A stretch of 64,000 nt of DNA from Bdellovibrionales bacterium (GTDB taxonomy: Bacteria > Pseudomonadota > Alphaproteobacteria > UBA2400): positions 48,127-112,126 of the forward strand of contig JBDHTQ010000007.1 in the NCBI GenBank assembly GCA_039808765.1, written 5' to 3'. The notes beneath the pieces are model-generated. The model had not been told where the DNA came from. It ran no database searches and was given only the letters and a program-made list of their open reading frames with translations. The position numbers and the translations under genes are program-made. Each line of letters starts with the position of its first letter. Position 1 is the stretch's first letter. Of the stretch, positions 62,834-64,000 are shown one piece after another.

Positions 62834-63217
62834 ATGCCCGATAAAAAACGTTACACTGCTGGCCATGAATGGATTCTTGTTGAACAAGATCAAGCAAAAA
62901 TTGGTATTACTGAATATACGCAAGGCAGTCTGGGCGAAATTTCATACATTCGTTTTCCGCCGGTGGGTTCAATAATTGAGCAAGGCGATACAATTGCAAT
63001 TCTTGAATCACTTAAATCTGCGACGGAAGTTTCTTCCCCGATGAGCGGAACGGTGGTTGGTATTAACGACGTGCTTTCTGAAAATCCTGCCCTCATTAAC
63101 CGAGATCCAGAAGGGTTGGGTTGGATTATACGCATGAAATTACGTGATGTGACTGAATTTGAGCAACTTTTTGACGACAAGAATTATCAAAAAAAATTTC
63201 GTAAAAACAATGAATAA
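62834..63217 (+). CDS. gcvH: Glycine cleavage system H-type lipoyl carrier protein
   Basis: YTAGHEW, IGITEY, LGEI, ESLKS (lipoyl lysine), SPMSG, INRDPEGLGWI. Confidence 0.92.
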   Translation: MPDKKRYTAGHEWILVEQDQAKIGITEYTQGSLGEISYIRFPPVGSIIEQGDTIAILESLKSATEVSSPMSGTVVGINDVLSENPALINRDPEGLGWIIRMKLRDVTEFEQLFDDKNYQKKFRKNNE

Positions 63218-64000
63218 CCAACCGCTCTCGCTTTATGTTCACTGGCCATTTTGCAAATCCAAATGCCCATACTGTGACTTTAACTCGTATGTGCGGCCAG
63301 AGGTGGATGAACATGCTTGGCATGATGCGCTTTTAAAAGAGCTCGACTATTGGGGTGAGCAAACGCAAGGTCGCGCACTTCAATCAATCTTTTTTGGTGG
63401 GGGCACCCCTTCCCTCATGCCCGCGCGAACAGTTGAAGCAATTATTTCACGTGCATGCGCATGGTGGTCGGCTCATGAAGAGATTGAAATTACACTTGAG
63501 GCTAACCCGACATCAGTAGAAGCCAATAAATTGCATGATTTTCGTTTGGCAGGCGTCAATCGGTTGAGTTTGGGAATACAGTCCCTGCGCTCGGATGCCT
63601 TGGCATTTTTGGGACGAGAGCATTCTGTTGAAGAAGCAAAAAATGCGCTTAAGCTTGCAGCAAAAATTTTTCCGCGCTTTTCTTTTGATCTGATCTATGC
63701 CCGTCCGCTGCAAACGCTTGATGAATGGCGCGCTGAGCTGGATGAGGCTCTGGGCTTTGGAGCACAACACCTTTCCCTTTATCAACTGACAATTGAAGAA
63801 AACACACGATTTGCTTCGCTCTTTGAGCAAGGGCGCTTTACACTTCCCGATGAAGACGACGCTGCAAGACTTTACAACGAAACCAACGCTCTTTTGGCAA
63901 AGAGAGGGTTTTTTGCTTACGAGGTATCAAACTACGCGCAAAATGGGTTTGAATGCCAACACAACCTTACTTATTGGCGCTATCAAGATTATATTGGCAT
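63210..64000 (+). CDS. hemW: Radical SAM heme chaperone HemW (HemN-like); runs off the window end and is not in the ORF track
   Basis: Hand translation MNNQPLSLYVHWPFCKSKCPYCDFNS...SIFFGGGTPS...EITLEANP...NRLSLGIQS...FDLIY...HLSLYQLTIE...YEVSNY...HNLTYW. Confidence 0.93.
   Translation, partial: MNNQPLSLYVHWPFCKSKCPYCDFNSYVRPEVDEHAWHDALLKELDYWGEQTQGRALQSIFFGGGTPSLMPARTVEAIISRACAWWSAHEEIEITLEANPTSVEANKLHDFRLAGVNRLSLGIQSLRSDALAFLGREHSVEEAKNALKLAAKIFPRFSFDLIYARPLQTLDEWRAELDEALGFGAQHLSLYQLTIEENTRFASLFEQGRFTLPDEDDAARLYNETNALLAKRGFFAYEVSNYAQNGFECQHNLTYWRYQDYIG

Noticed and set aside
1-64000. CRISPR arrays, IS elements, prophage, integrase at the tRNAs, inteins in DnaE
   Set aside because: No spaced direct repeats, transposase, integrase or phage motifs, or duplicated tRNA 3' ends were seen by eye; DnaE is of normal length

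Overview
Mostly core chromosome of an alphaproteobacterium, judged from gene order, LpxI, the short alpha-type ProRS and the rpsB leader. The window appears to span the replication terminus: a XerCD dif-like site sits at 11550-11577 and genes largely converge on it from both sides. Left of it are rpoH (partial), an SseB-like gene, gtrA, an LpxH-like phosphoesterase, pepF, an ABC1/UbiB kinase, comEC and an esterase. Right of it, on the minus strand, run rpsB-tsf-pyrH-frr-uppS-cdsA-rseP-bamA-skp-lpxD-fabZ-lpxI-lpxB (dxr and lpxA are missing from their usual slots), dnaE, lolCD, two different prolyl-tRNA synthetases in tandem, a short RNase J, birA, the full nuoA-N operon, tRNA-Asp, tRNA-Val and a double-domain ThyX. 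The window ends with bolA-grxD-orf-gcvH-hemW on the plus strand. The most unusual items are: (1) three diverged paralogous genes of unknown function inserted between dnaE and lolD, with a shared N-terminal domain, a duplicated LAGLIDADG-like module and, in one copy, a glycine-zipper tail; (2) translationally coupled eukaryote/archaea-type and bacterial-type ProRS genes; (3) a GNAT acetyltransferase plus a prohibitin embedded between nuoF and nuoG, next to a NuoF with an altered NADH-binding motif. No CRISPR array, rRNA, transposase or integrase was recognised. All family calls come from motif recognition by eye; no database was searched.
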